From NCBI RefSeq assembly GCF_037042905.1, contig NC_087251.1, positions 32,862,001 to 32,926,000 of the forward strand: DNA of 64,000 bases, given 5' to 3'. Shown here in pieces: positions 36,801-51,800 of the stretch. The notes beneath the pieces were generated by a model that made no database searches, was not told the DNA's origin, and saw nothing but the letters and a program-made list of their open reading frames with translations. Position numbers and translations under genes: made by a program. Every line of letters begins with the position of its first letter. Position 1 is the first letter of the stretch. The DNA is from Lytechinus pictus. Taxonomy: Eukaryota.

Positions 36801-39800
36801 TTACAGCGAGAATCAAGAGGATCCAGGAAGTTCGAATTTTCAACCCCATTGCCCCACCCGCGGCATGGAAAATTGGGCAAAATTTGCCAAAATTGAGCAA
36901 AATAATATTTGTTCAATATTTCCCCCGAAACCCCCCCAAATCAGCCGTCTTCGCTCCCTGGGATGTTTTAGCATCCTAACCGATTATTACAGCGAGAATC
37001 AAGAGGATCCAGGGAGTTTGAATTTTCGACCCCCTCGCCCCACCCGCGACATGGAAAATTGGGCAAAATTGGCCAAAATTGAGCAAAATAATATTTGTTC
37101 AATATTTCCCCCGAAACCCCCCCAAATCAGCCGTCTTCGCTCCCTGGGATGTTTTAGCATCCTAACCGATTATTACAGCGAGAATCATGAGGATCCAGGG
37201 AGTTTGAATTTTTGACCCCCTCGCCCCACCCGCGACATGGAAAATTGGGCAAAATTGGCCAAAATTGAGCAAAATAATATTTGTTCAATATTTCCCCCGA
37301 AACCCCCCAAAATCAGCCGTCTTCGCTCCCTGGGATGTTTTAGCATCCTAACCGATTATTACAGCGAGAATCAAGAGGATCCAGGGAGTTTGAATTTTCA
37401 ACCCCCTCGCCCCACCCGCGACATGGAAAATTGGGCAAAATTGGGCAAAATTGAGCAAAATAATATTTGTTCAATATTTCCCCCGAAACCCCCCCAAATC
37501 AGCCGTCTTTGCTCCCTGGAATGTTTTAGCATCCTAACCGATTATTACAGCGAGAATCAAGAGGACCCAGGGGGCTTTAATTTTCGACCCCCTCGCCCCA
37601 CCCGCGACATGGAAAATTGGGCAAAATTGGCCAAAATTGAGCAAAATAATATTTGTTCAATATTTTCCCCCAAACCCCCCCAAAATCAGCCGTCCTCGCT
37701 CCCTGGGATGTTTTAGCATCCTAACCGATTATTACAGCGAGAATCAAGAGGATCCAGGGAGTTTGAATTTTCTACCCCCTCGCCCCACCCGCGACAAAGA
37801 AAATTGGGCAAAATTGGGCAAAATTGAGCAAAATAATATTTGTTCAATATTTCCCCCGAAACCCCCCCAAATCAGCCGTCTTTGCTCCTTGGGATGTTTT
37901 AGCATCCTAACCGATTATTACAGCGAGAATCAAGAGGATCCAGGGAGTTTGAATTTTCGACCCCCTCGCCCCATCCACGACATGGAAAATTGGGCAAAAT
38001 TGAGCAAAATAATATTTGTTCAGTATTTCCCCCGAAACCCCCCCAAATCAGCCGTCTTCGCTCCCTGGAATGTTTTAGCATCCAAACCGATTATTACAGC
38101 GAGAATCAAGAGGGTCCAGGGAGTTTGAATTTTCGACCCCCTCGCCCCACCCGCGACATGGAAAATTGGGCAAAATTGGCCAAAATTGAGCAAAATAATA
38201 TTTGTTCAATATTTCCCCCGAAACCCCCCCAAATCAGCCGTCTTCGCTCCCTGGAATGTTTTAGCATCCAAACCGATTATTACAGCGAGAATCAAGAGGG
38301 TCCAGGGAGTTTGAATTTTCGACCCCTCGCCCAACCCGCGACATGAAAAATTTGGCAAAATTGGCCAAAATTGAGCAAAATAATATTTGTTCAAAATTTC
38401 CCCCGAAACCCCCCCCTAATCAGCCGTCTTCGCTCCTTGGGATGTTTTAGCATCCAAACCGATTATTAAAGCGAGAATCAAGAGGATCCAGGGAGTTTGA
38501 ATTTTCGACCCCCTCGCCCCACCCGCGACATGGAAAATTGGGCAAAATTGGCCAAAATTGAGCAAAATAATATTTGTTCAATATTTCCCCCCAAACCCCC
38601 CCAAATCAGCCGTCTTCGCTCCTTGGGATGTTTTAGCATCCTAACCGATTATTACAGCAAGAATCAAGAGGATCCAGGGAGTTTGAATTTTCGACCCCCT
38701 CGCCCCACCCGCGACATGGAAAATTGGCCAAAATTGAGCAAAATAATATTTGTTAAATATTTCCCCCGAAACCCCCCCAATCAGCCGTCTTTGCTCCCTG
38801 GGATGTTTTAGCATCCTAACCGATTATTACAGCGAGAATCAAGAGGATCCAGGAAGTCTGAATTTTCGACCCCCTCGCCCAACCCTCGACATGGAAAATT
38901 GGGCAAAATTGGGCAAAATTGAGCAAAATAATATTTGTTCAATATTTCCCCCGAAACCCCCCCAAATCAGCCGTCCTCGCTTCCTGAGATGTTTTAGCTT
39001 CCTAACCAATTATGACAGCGAGAATCAAGAGGATCCAGGGAGTTTGAATTTTCGACCCCTCGCCCCACCCGCGACATGAAAAATTTGGCAAAATTGGCCA
39101 AAATTGAGCAAAATAATATTTGTTCAAAATTTCCCCCGAAACCCCCCCCTAATCAGCCGTCTTCGCTCCTGGGATGTTTTAGCATCCTAACCGATTATTA
39201 CAGCGAGAATCAAGAGGATCCAGGGAGTTTGAATTTTCGACCCCCTCGCCCCACCCGCGACATGGAAAATTGGGCAAAATTGGCCAAAATTGAGCAAAAT
39301 AATATTTGTTCAATATTTCCCCCCAAACCCCCCCAAATCAGCCGTCTTCGCTCCTTGAGATGTTTTAGCATCCTAACCGATTATTACAGCAAGAATCAAG
39401 AGGATCCAGGGAGTTTGAATTTTCGACCCCCTCGCCCCACCCGCGACATGGAAAATTGGCCAAAATTGAGCAAAATAATATTTGTTAAATATTTCCCCCG
39501 AAACCCCCCCAATCAGCCGTCTTTGCTCCCTGGGATGTTTTAGCATCCTAACCGATTATTACAGCGAGAATCAAGAGGATCCAGGAAGTCTGAATTTTCG
39601 ACCCCCTCGCCCAACCCTCGACATGGAAAATTGGGCAAAATTGGGCAAAATTGAGCAAAATAATATTTGTTCAATATTTCCCCCGAAACCCCCCCAAATC
39701 AGCCGTCCTCGCTTCCTGAGATGTTTTAGCTTCCTAACCAATTATGACAGCGAGAATCAAGAGGATCCAGGGAGTTTGAATTTTCGACCCCTCGCCCCAC

Positions 39801-42800
39801 CCGCGACATGAAAAATTTGGCAAAATTGAGCAAAATAAGATTTGTTCAATATTTCCCCCCAAACCCCCCCAAATCAACCGTCTTCGCTCCTGGGATGTTT
39901 TAGCATCCTAACCGATTATTACAGCAAGAATCAAGAGAATCCAGGGAGTTTGAATTTTCGACCCCCTCGCCCCACCCGCGACATGGAAAATTGGGCAAAA
40001 TTGGCCAAAATTGAGCAAAATAATATTTGTTCAATATTTCCCCCGAAACCCCCCCAATCAGCCGTCTTTGCTCCCTGGGATGTTTTAGCATCCTAACCGA
40101 TTATTACAGCGAGAATCAAGAGGATCCAGGAAGTCTGAATTTTCGACCCCCTCGCCCAACCCTCGACATGGAAAATTGGGCAAAATTGGGCAAAATTGAG
40201 CAAAATAATATTTGTTCAATATTTCCCCCGAAACCCCCCCAATCAGCCGTCTTTGCTCCCTGGGATGTTTTAGCATCCTAACCGATTATTACAGCGAGAA
40301 TCAAGAGGATCCAGGGAGTTTGAATTTTCGACCCCTCGCCCCATCCGCGACATGAAAAATTTGGCAAAATTGGCCAAAATTGAGCAAAATAATATTTGTT
40401 CAATATTTCCCCCGAAACCCCCCCCCTAATCAGCCGTCTTCGCTCCTTGGGATGTTTTAGCATCCTAACCGATTATTACAGCAAGAATCAAGAGGATCCA
40501 GGGACTTTGAATTTTCGACCCCCTCGCCCCACCCGCGACATGGAAAATTGGGCAAAATTGGACAAAATTGAGTAAAATAATATTTGTTCAGTATTTCCCC
40601 CGAAACCCCCCCCCAAATCAGCCGTCTTCGCTCCCTGGGATGTTTTAGCATCCTAACCGATTATTACAGCGAGAATCAAGAGGATCCAGGAAGTTCGAAT
40701 TTTCAACCCCATTGCCCCACCCGCGGCATGGAAAATTGGGCAAAATTTGCCAAAATTGAGCAAAATAATATTTGTTCAATATTTCCCCCGAAACCCCCCC
40801 AAATCAGCCGTCTTCGCTCCCTGGGATGTTTTAGCATCCTAACCGATTATTACAGCGAGAATCAAGAGGATCCAGGGAGTTTGAATTTTCGACCCCCTCG
40901 CCCCACCCGCGACATGGAAAATTGGGCAAAATTGGCCAAAATTGAGCAAAATAATATTTGTTCAATATTTCCCCCGAAACCCCCCCAAATCAGCCGTCTT
41001 CGCTCCCTGGGATGTTTTAGCATCCTAACCGATTATTACAGCGAGAATCATGAGGATCCAGGGAGTTTGAATTTTTGACCCCCTCGCCCCACCCGCGACA
41101 TGGAAAATTGGGCAAAATTGGCCAAAAGTGAGCAAAATAATATTTGTTCAATATTTCCCCCGAAACCCCCCCAAATCAGCCGTCTTTGCTCCCTGGGATG
41201 TTTAAGCATCCTAACCGATTATTACAGCGAGAATCAAGAGGATCCAGGGAGTTTGAATTTTCGACCCCATTGCCCCACCCACGATATGGAAAATTGGGCA
41301 AAATTGGCCAAAATTGAGCAAAATAATATTTGTTCAATATTTTCCCCGAAACCCCCCCAAATCAGCCGTCTTCGCTCCCTGGGATGTTTTAGCATCCTAA
41401 CCGATTATTACAGCGAGAATCAAGAGGATCCAGGGAGTTTGAATTTTTGACCCCCTCGCCCCACCCGCGACATGGAAAATTGGGCAAAATTGGCCAAAAT
41501 TGAGCAAAATAATATTTGTTCAATATTTCCCCCGAAACCCCCCCAAATCAGCCGTCTTCGCTCCCTGGGATGTTTTAGCATCCTAACCGATTATTACAGC
41601 GAGAATCATGAGGATCCAGGGAGTTTGAATTTTTGACCCCCTCGCCCCACCCGCGACATGGAAAATTGGGCAAAATTGGCCAAAATTGAGCAAAATAATA
41701 TTTGTTCAATATTTCCCCCGAAACCCCCCAAATTCAGCCGTCTTCGCTCCCTGGGATGTTTTAGCATCCTAACCGATTATTACAGCGAGAATCAAGAGGA
41801 TCCAGGGAGTTTGAATTTTCAACCCCCTCGCCCCACCCGCGACATGGAAAATTGGGCAAAATTGGGCAAAATTGAGCAAAATAATATTTGTTCAATATTT
41901 CCCCCGAAACCCCCCCAAATCAGCCGTCTTTGCTCCCTGGAATGTTTTAGCATCCTAACCGATTATTACAGCGAGAATCAAGAGGACCCAGGGGGCTTTA
42001 ATTTTCGACCCCCTCGCCCCACCCGCGACATGGAAAATTGGGCAAAATTGGCCAAAATTGAGCAAAATAATATTTGTTCAATATTTCCCCCCAAACCCCC
42101 CCAAAATCAGCCGTCCTCGCTCCCTGGGATGTTTTAGCATCCTAACCGATTATTACAGCGAGAATCAAGAGGATCCAGGGAGTTTGAATTTTCTACCCCC
42201 TCGCCCCACCCGCGACAAAGAAAATTGGGCAAAATTGAGCAAAATAATATTTGTTCAATATTTTCCCCGAAACCCCCCCAAATCAGCCGTCTTTGCTCCT
42301 TGGGATGTTTTAGCATCCTAACCGATTATTACAGCGAGAATCAAGAGGATCCAGGGAGTTTGAATTTTCGACCCCCTCGCCCCATCCACGACATGGAAAA
42401 TTGGGCAAAATTGAGCAAAATAATATTTGTTCAGTATTTCCCCCGAAACCCCCCCAAATCAGCCGTCTTCGCTCCCTGGAATGTTTTAGCATCCAAACCG
42501 ATTATTACAGCGAGAATCAAGAGGGTCCAGGGAGTTTGAATTTTCGACCCCCTCGCCCCACCCGCGACATGGAAAATTGGGCAAAATTGGCCAAAATTGA
42601 GCAAAATAATATTTGTTCAATATTTCCCCCGAAACCCCCCCAAATCAGCCGTCTTCGCTCCCTGGAATGTTTTAGCATCCAAACCGATTATTACAGCGAG
42701 AATCAAGAGGGTCCAGGGAGTTTGAATTTTCGACCCCTCGCCCAACCCGCGACATGAAAAATTTGGCAAAATTGGCCAAAATTGAGCAAAATAATATTTG

Positions 42801-45800
42801 TTCAAAATTTCCCCCGAAACCCCCCCCTAATCAGCCGTCTTCGCTCCTTGGGATGTTTTAGCATCCAAACCGATTATTAAAGCGAGAATCAAGAGGATCC
42901 AGGGAGTTTGAATTTTCGACCCCCTCGCCCCACCCGCGACATGGAAAATTGGGCAAAATTGGCAAAAATTGAGCAAAATAATATTTGTTCAATATTTCCC
43001 CCCAAACCCCCCCAAATCAGCCGTCTTCGCTCCTTGGGATGTTTTAGCATCCTAACCGATTATTACAGCAAGAATCAAGAGGATCCAGGGAGTTTGAATT
43101 TTCGACCCCCTCGCCCCACCCGCGACATGGAAAATTGGCCAAAATTGAGCAAAATAATATTTGTTAAATATTTCCCCCGAAACCCCCCCAATCAGCCGTC
43201 TTTGCTCCCTGGGATGTTTTAGCATCCTAACCGATTATTACAGCGAGAATCAAGAGGATCCAGGAAGTCTGAATTTTCGACCCCCTCGCCCAACCCTCGA
43301 CATGGAAAATTGGGCAAAATTGGGCAAAATTGAGCAAAATAATATTTGTTCAATATTTCCCCCGAAACCCCCCCAAATCAGCCGTCCTCGCTTCCTGAGA
43401 TGTTTTAGCTTCCTAACCAATTATGACAGCGAGAATCAAGAGGATCCAGGGAGTTTGAATTTTCGACCCCTCGCCCCACCCGCGACATGAAAAATTTGGC
43501 AAAATTGGCCAAAATTGAGCAAAATAATATTTGTTCAAAATTTCCCCCGAAACCCCCCCCTAATCAGCCGTCTTCGCTCCTGGGATGTTTTAGCATCCTA
43601 ACCGATTATTACAGCGAGAATCAAGAGGATCCAGGGAGTTTGAATTTTCGACCCCCTCGCCCCACCCGCGACATGGAAAATTGGGCAAAATTGGCCAAAA
43701 TTGAGCAAAATAATATTTGTTCAATATTTCCCCCCAAACCCCCCCAAATCAGCCGTCTTCGCTCCTTGAGATGTTTTAGCATCCTAACCGATTATTACAG
43801 CAAGAATCAAGAGGATCCAGGGAGTTTGAATTTTCGACCCCCTCGCCCCACCCGCGACATGGAAAATTGGCCAAAATTGAGCAAAATAATATTTGTTAAA
43901 TATTTCCCCCGAAACCCCCCCAATCAGCCGTCTTTGCTCCCTGGGATGTTTTAGCATCCTAACCGATTATTACAGCGAGAATCAAGAGGATCCAGGGAGT
44001 TTGAATTTTTGACCCCCTCCCCCCACCCGCGACATGAAAAATTGGGCAAAATTGGCCAAAATTGAGCAAAATAATATTTGTTCAAGTTTTAGCATCCTAA
44101 CCGATTATTACAGCGAGAATCATGAGAATCAAGAGGATCCAGGGAGTTTGAATTTTCGACCCCCTCGCCCCACCCGCGACATGGAAAATTGGGCAAATTT
44201 GGCCAAAATTGAGCAAAATAATATTTGTTCAATATTTCCCCCGAAACCCCCCCAAACCAGCCGTCTTCGCTCCCTGGGATGTTTTAGCATCCTAACCGAT
44301 TATTACAGCGAGAATCAAGAGGATCCAGGGAGTTTGAATTTTCGACCCCCTCGCCCCACCCGCGACATGGAAAATTGGGCAAAATTGGCCAAAATTGAGC
44401 AAAATAATATTTGTTCAATATTTCCCCCGAAACCCCCCCAAATCAGCCGTCTTCGCTCCCTGGGATGTTTTAGCATCCTAACTGATTATTACAGCGAGAA
44501 TCAAGAGGATCCAGGGAGTTTAAATTTTCGACCCCCTCGCCCCACTCACGACATGGAAAATTGGGCAAAATTGGCCAAAATTGAGCAAAATAATATTTGT
44601 TCAATATTTCCCCCGAAACCCCCCCAAATCAGCCGTCTTCGCTCCCTGGAATGTTTTAGCATCCTAACCGATTATTACAGCGAGAATCAAGAGGATCCAG
44701 GGAGTTTGAATTTTCGACCCCCTCGCCCCACCCGCGACATGGAAAATTGGGCAAAATTGGCCAAAATTAAGCAAAATAATATTTGTTCAATATTTCCCCC
44801 GAAACCCCCCCAAATCAGCCGTCTTTGCTCCCTGGGATGTTTTAGCATCCTAACCGATTATTACAGCGAGAATCAAGAGGATCCAGGGAGTTTGAATTTT
44901 CGACCCCATTGCCCCACCCACGACATGGAAAATTGGGCAAAATTGAGCTAAATAATATTTCCCCCGAAACCCCCCCAAATCAGCCGTCTTCGCTCCCTGG
45001 GATGTTTTAGCATCCTAACTGATTATTACAGCGAGAATCAAGAGGATCCAGGGAGTTTAAATTTTCGACCCCCTCGCCCCACCCGCGACATGGAAAATTG
45101 GGCAAATTTGGCCAAAATTGAGCAAAATAATATTTGTTCAATATTTCCCCGGAAACCCCCCCAAATCAGCCGTCTTCGCTCCCTGGAATGTTTTAGCATC
45201 CTAACCGATTATTACAGCGAGAATCAAGAGGATCCAGGGAGCTTGAATTTTCGACCCCCTCGCCCCACCCGCGACATGGAAAATTGGGCAAAATTGGCCA
45301 AAATTAAGCAAAATAATATTTGTTCAATATTTCCCCCGAAACCCCCCCAAATCAGCCGTCTTTGCTCCCTGGGATGTTTTAGCATCCTAACCGATTATTA
45401 CAGCGAGAATCAAGAGGATCCAGGGAGTTTGAATTTTCTACCCCATTGTCCCACCCACGACATGGAAAATTGGGAAAAATTGGCCAAAATTGAGAAAAAT
45501 AATATTTCCCCCGAAACCCCCCCAAATCAGACGTCTTCGCTCCCTGGGATGTTTTAGCATCCTAACTGATTACTACAGCGAGAATCAAGAGGATCCAGGG
45601 AGTTTAAATTTTCGACCCCCTCGCCCCACCCGCGACATGGAAAATTGGGCAAATTTGGCCAAAATTGAGCAAAATAATATTTGTTCAATATTTCCCCGGA
45701 AACCCCCCCAAATCAGCCGTCTTCGCTCCCTGGGATGTTTTAGCATCCTAACCGATTATTACAGCGAGAATCAAGAGGATCCAGGGAGTTTGAATTTTTG

Positions 45801-48800
45801 ACCCCCTCGACCCACCCGCGACATGGAAAATTGGGCAAAATTGGACAAAATTGAGTAAAATAATATTTGTTCAATATTTCCCCCGAAACCCCCCCCAAAT
45901 CAGCCGTCTTCGCTCCCTGGGATGTTTTAGCATCCTAACCGATTATTACAGCGAGAATCAAGAGGATCCAGGAAGTTCGAATTTTCAACCCCATTGCCCC
46001 ACCCGCGGCATGGAAAATTGGGCAAAATTTGCCAAAATTGAGCAAAATAATATTTGTTCAATATTTCCCCCGAAACCCCCCCAAATCAGCCGTCTTCGCT
46101 CCCTGGGATGTTTTAGCATCCTAACCGATTATTACAGCGAGAATCAAGAGGATCCAGGGAGTTTGAATTTTCGACCCCCTCGCCCCACCCGCGACATGGA
46201 AAATTGGGCAAAATTGGCCAAAATTGAGCAAAATAATATTTGTTCAATATTTCCCCCGAAACCCCCCCAAATCAGCCGTCTTCGCTCCCTGGGATGTTTT
46301 AGCATCCTAACCGATTATTACAGCGAGAATCATGAGGATCCAGGGAGTTTGAATTTTTGACCCCCTCGCCCCACCCGCGACATGGAAAATTGGGCAAAAT
46401 TGGCCAAAATTGAGCAAAATAATATTTGTTCAATATTTCCCCCGAAACCCCCCAAAATCAGCCGTCTTCGCTCCCTGGGATGTTTTAGCATCCTAACCGA
46501 TTATTACAGCGAGAATCAAGAGGATCCAGGGAGTTTGAATTTTCAACCCCCTCGCCCCACCCGCGACATGGAAAATTGGGCAAAATTGGGCAAAATTGAG
46601 CAAAATAATATTTGTTCAATATTTCCCCCGAAACCCCCCCAAATCAGCCGTCTTTGCTCCCTGGAATGTTTTAGCATCCTAACCGATTATTACAGCGAGA
46701 ATCAAGAGGACCCAGGGGGCTTTAATTTTCGACCCCCTCGCCCCACCCGCGACATGGAAAATTGGGCAAAATTGGCCAAAATTGAGCAAAATAATATTTG
46801 TTCAATATTTCCCCCGAAACCCCCCCAAATCAGCCGTCTTCGCTCCCTGGGATGTTTTAGCATCCTAACTGATTATTACAGCGAGAATCAAGAGGATCCA
46901 GGGAGTTTAAATTTTCGACCCCCTCGCCCCACTCACGACATGGAAAATTGGGCAAAATTGGCCAAAATTGAGCAAAATAATATTTGTTCAATATTTCCCC
47001 CGAAACCCCCCCAAATCAGCCGTCTTCGCTCCCTGGAATGTTTTAGCATCCTAACCGATTATTACAGCGAGAATCAAGAGGATCCAGGGAGTTTGAATTT
47101 TCGACCCCCTCGCCCCACCCGCGACATGGAAAATTGGGCAAAATTGGCCAAAATTAAGCAAAATAATATTTGTTCAATATTTCCCCCGAAACCCCCCCAA
47201 ATCAGCCGTCTTTGCTCCCTGGGATGTTTTAGCATCCTAACCGATTATTACAGCGAGAATCAAGAGGATCCAGGGAGTTTGAATTTTCGACCCCATTGCC
47301 CCACCCACGACATGGAAAATTGGGCAAAATTGAGCTAAATAATATTTCCCCCGAAACCCCCCCAAATCAGCCGTCTTCGCTCCCTGGGATGTTTTAGCAT
47401 CCTAACTGATTATTACAGCGAGAATCAAGAGGATCCAGGGAGTTTAAATTTTCGACCCCCTCGCCCCACCCGCGACATGGAAAATTGGGCAAATTTGGCC
47501 AAAATTGAGCAAAATAATATTTGTTCAATATTTCCCCGGAAACCCCCCCAAATCAGCCGTCTTCGCTCCCTGGAATGTTTTAGCATCCTAACCGATTATT
47601 ACAGCGAGAATCAAGAGGATCCAGGGAGCTTGAATTTTCGACCCCCTCGCCCCACCCGCGACATGGAAAATTGGGCAAAATTGGCCAAAATTAAGCAAAA
47701 TAATATTTGTTCAATATTTCCCCCGAAACCCCCCCAAATCAGCCGTCTTTGCTCCCTGGGATGTTTTAGCATCCTAACCGATTATTACAGCGAGAATCAA
47801 GAGGATCCAGGGAGTTTGAATTTTCTACCCCATTGTCCCACCCACGACATGGAAAATTGGGAAAAATTGGCCAAAATTGAGAAAAATAATATTTCCCCCG
47901 AAACCCCCCCAAATCAGACGTCTTCGCTCCCTGGGATGTTTTAGCATCCTAACTGATTACTACAGCGAGAATCAAGAGGATCCAGGGAGTTTAAATTTTC
48001 GACCCCCTCGCCCCACCCGCGACATGGAAAATTGGGCAAATTTGGCCAAAATTGAGCAAAATAATATTTGTTCAATATTTCCCCGGAAACCCCCCCAAAT
48101 CAGCCGTCTTCGCTCCCTGGGATGTTTTAGCATCCTAACCGATTATTACAGCGAGAATCAAGAGGATCCAGGGAGTTTGAATTTTTGACCCCCTCGACCC
48201 ACCCGCGACATGGAAAATTGGGCAAAATTGGACAAAATTGAGTAAAATAATATTTGTTCAATATTTCCCCCGAAACCCCCCCCAAATCAGCCGTCTTCGC
48301 TCCCTGGGATGTTTTAGCATCCTAACCGATTATTACAGCGAGAATCAAGAGGATCCAGGAAGTTCGAATTTTCAACCCCATTGCCCCACCCGCGGCATGG
48401 AAAATTGGGCAAAATTTGCCAAAATTGAGCAAAATAATATTTGTTCAATATTTCCCCCGAAACCCCCCCAAATCAGCCGTCTTCGCTCCCTGGGATGTTT
48501 TAGCATCCTAACCGATTATTACAGCGAGAATCAAGAGGATCCAGGGAGTTTGAATTTTCGACCCCCTCGCCCCACCCGCGACATGGAAAATTGGGCAAAA
48601 TTGGCCAAAATTGAGCAAAATAATATTTGTTCAATATTTCCCCCGAAACCCCCCCAAATCAGCCGTCTTCGCTCCCTGGGATGTTTTAGCATCCTAACCG
48701 ATTATTACAGCGAGAATCATGAGGATCCAGGGAGTTTGAATTTTTGACCCCCTCGCCCCACCCGCGACATGGAAAATTGGGCAAAATTGGCCAAAATTGA

Positions 48801-51800
48801 GCAAAATAATATTTGTTCAATATTTCCCCCGAAACCCCCCAAAATCAGCCGTCTTCGCTCCCTGGGATGTTTTAGCATCCTAACCGATTATTACAGCGAG
48901 AATCAAGAGGATCCAGGGAGTTTGAATTTTCAACCCCCTCGCCCCACCCGCGACATGGAAAATTGGGCAAAATTGGGCAAAATTGAGCAAAATAATATTT
49001 GTTCAATATTTCCCCCGAAACCCCCCCAAATCAGCCGTCTTTGCTCCCTGGAATGTTTTAGCATCCTAACCGATTATTACAGCGAGAATCAAGAGGACCC
49101 AGGGGGCTTTAATTTTCGACCCCCTCGCCCCACCCGCGACATGGAAAATTGGGCAAAATTGGCCAAAATTGAGCAAAATAATATTTGTTCAATATTTCCC
49201 CCCAAACCCCCCCAAAATCAGCCGTCCTCGCTCCCTGGGATGTTTTAGCATCCTAACCGATTATTACAGCGAGAATCAAGAGGATCCAGGGAGTTTGAAT
49301 TTTCTACCCCCTCGCCCCACCCGCGACAAAGAAAATTGGGCAAAATTGGGCAAAATTGGGCAAAATTGAGCAAAATAATATTTGTTCAATATTTCCCCCG
49401 AAACCCCCCCAAATCAGCCGTCTTTGCTCCTTGGGATGTTTTAGCATCCTAACCGATTATTACAGCGAGAATCAAGAGGATCCAGGGAGTTTGAATTTTC
49501 GACCCCCTCGCCCCATCCACGACATGGAAAATTGGGCAAAATTGAGCAAAATAATATTTGTTCAGTATTTCCCCCGAAACCCCCCCAAATCAGCCGTCTT
49601 CGCTCCCTGGAATGTTTTAGCATCCAAACCGATTATTACAGCGAGAATCAAGAGGGTCCAGGGAGTTTGAATTTTCGACCCCCTCGCCCCACCCGCGACA
49701 TGGAAAATTGGGCAAAATTGGCCAAAATTGAGCAAAATAATATTTGTTCAATATTTCCCCCGAAACCCCCCCAAATCAGCCGTCTTCGCTCCCTGGAATG
49801 TTTTAGCATCCAAACCGATTATTACAGCGAGAATCAAGAGGGTCCAGGGAGTTTGAATTTTCGACCCCTCGCCCAACCCGCGACATGAAAAATTTGGCAA
49901 AATTGGCCAAAATTGAGCAAAATAATATTTGTTCAAAATTTCCCCCGAAACCCCCCCCTAATCAGCCGTCTTCGCTCCTTGGGATGTTTTAGCATCCAAA
50001 CCGATTATTAAAGCGAGAATCAAGAGGATCCAGGGAGTTTGAATTTTCGACCCCCTCGCCCCACCCGCGACATGGAAAATTGGGCAAAATTGGCCAAAAT
50101 TGAGCAAAATAATATTTGTTCAATATTTCCCCCCAAACCCCCCCAATCAGCCGTCTTTGCTCCCTGGGATGTTTTAGCATCCTAACCGATTATTACAGCG
50201 AGAATCAAGAGGATCCAGGGAGTTTGAATTTTCGACCCCTCGCCCCATCCGCGACATGAAAAATTTGGCAAAATTGGCCAAAATTGAGCAAAATAATATT
50301 TGTTCAATATTTCCCCCGAAACCCCCCCCCCTAATCAGCCGTCTTCGCTCCTTGGGATGTTTTAGCATCCTAACCGATTATTACAGCAAGAATCAAGAGG
50401 ATCCAGGGACTTTGAATTTTCGACCCCCTCGCCCCACCCGCGACATGGAAAATTGGGCAAAATTGGACAAAATTGAGTAAAATAATATTTGTTCAGTATT
50501 TCCCCCGAAACCCCCCCCAAATCAGCCGTCTTCGCTCCCTGGGATGTTTTAGCATCCTAACCGATTATTACAGCGAGAATCAAGAGGATCCAGGAAGTTC
50601 GAATTTTTGACCCCCTCGCCCCACCCGCGACATGGAAAATTGGGCAAAATTGGCCAAAAGTGAGCAAAATAATATTTGTTCAATATTTCCCCCGAAACCC
50701 CCCCAAATCAGCCGTCTTTGCTCCCTGGGATGTTTAAGCATCCTAACCGATTATTACAGCGAGAATCAAGAGGATCCAGGGAGTTTGAATTTTCGACCCC
50801 ATTGCCCCACCCACGATATGGAAAATTGGGCAAAATTGGCCAAAATTGAGCAAAATAATATTTGTTCAATATTTTCCCCGAAACCCCCCCAAATCAGCCG
50901 TCTTCGCTCCCTGGGATATTTTAGCATCCTAACCGATTATTACAGCGAGAATCATGAGGATCCAGGGAGTTTGAATTTTTGACCCCCTCCCCCCACCCGC
51001 GACATGAAAAATTGGGCAAAATTGGCCAAAATTGAGCAAAATAATATTTGTTCAATATTTCCCCCGAAACCCCCCCAAATCAGCCGTCTTCGCTCCCTGG
51101 AATGTTTTAGCATCCTAACCGATTATTACAGCGAGAATCAAGAGAATCAAGAGGATCCAGGGAGTTTGAATTTTCGACCCCCTCGCCCCACCCGCGACAT
51201 GGAAAATTGGGCAAATTTGGCCAAAATTGAGCAAAATAATATTTGTTCAATATTTCCCCCGAAACCCCCCCAAATCAGCCGTCTTCGCTCCCTGGGATGT
51301 TTTAGCATCCTAACCGATTATTACAGCGAGAATCATGAGGATCCAGGGAGTTTGAATTTTTGACCCCCTCGCCCCACCCGCGACATGGAAAATTGGGCAA
51401 AATTGGCCAAAATTGAGCAAAATAATATTTGTTCAATATTTCCCCCGAAACCCCCCAAAATCAGCCGTCTTCGCTCCCTGGGATGTTTTAGCATCCTAAC
51501 CGATTATTACAGCGAGAATCAAGAGGATCCAGGGAGTTTGAATTTTCAACCCCCTCGCCCCACCCGCGACATGGAAAATTGGGCAAAATTGGGCAAAATT
51601 GAGCAAAATAATATTTGTTCAATATTTCCCCCGAAACCCCCCCAAATCAGCCGTCTTTGCTCCCTGGAATGTTTTAGCATCCTAACCGATTATTACAGCG
51701 AGAATCAAGAGGACCCAGGGGGCTTTAATTTTCGACCCCCTCGCCCCACCCGCGACATGGAAAATTGGGCAAAATTGGCCAAAATTGAGCAAAATAATAT

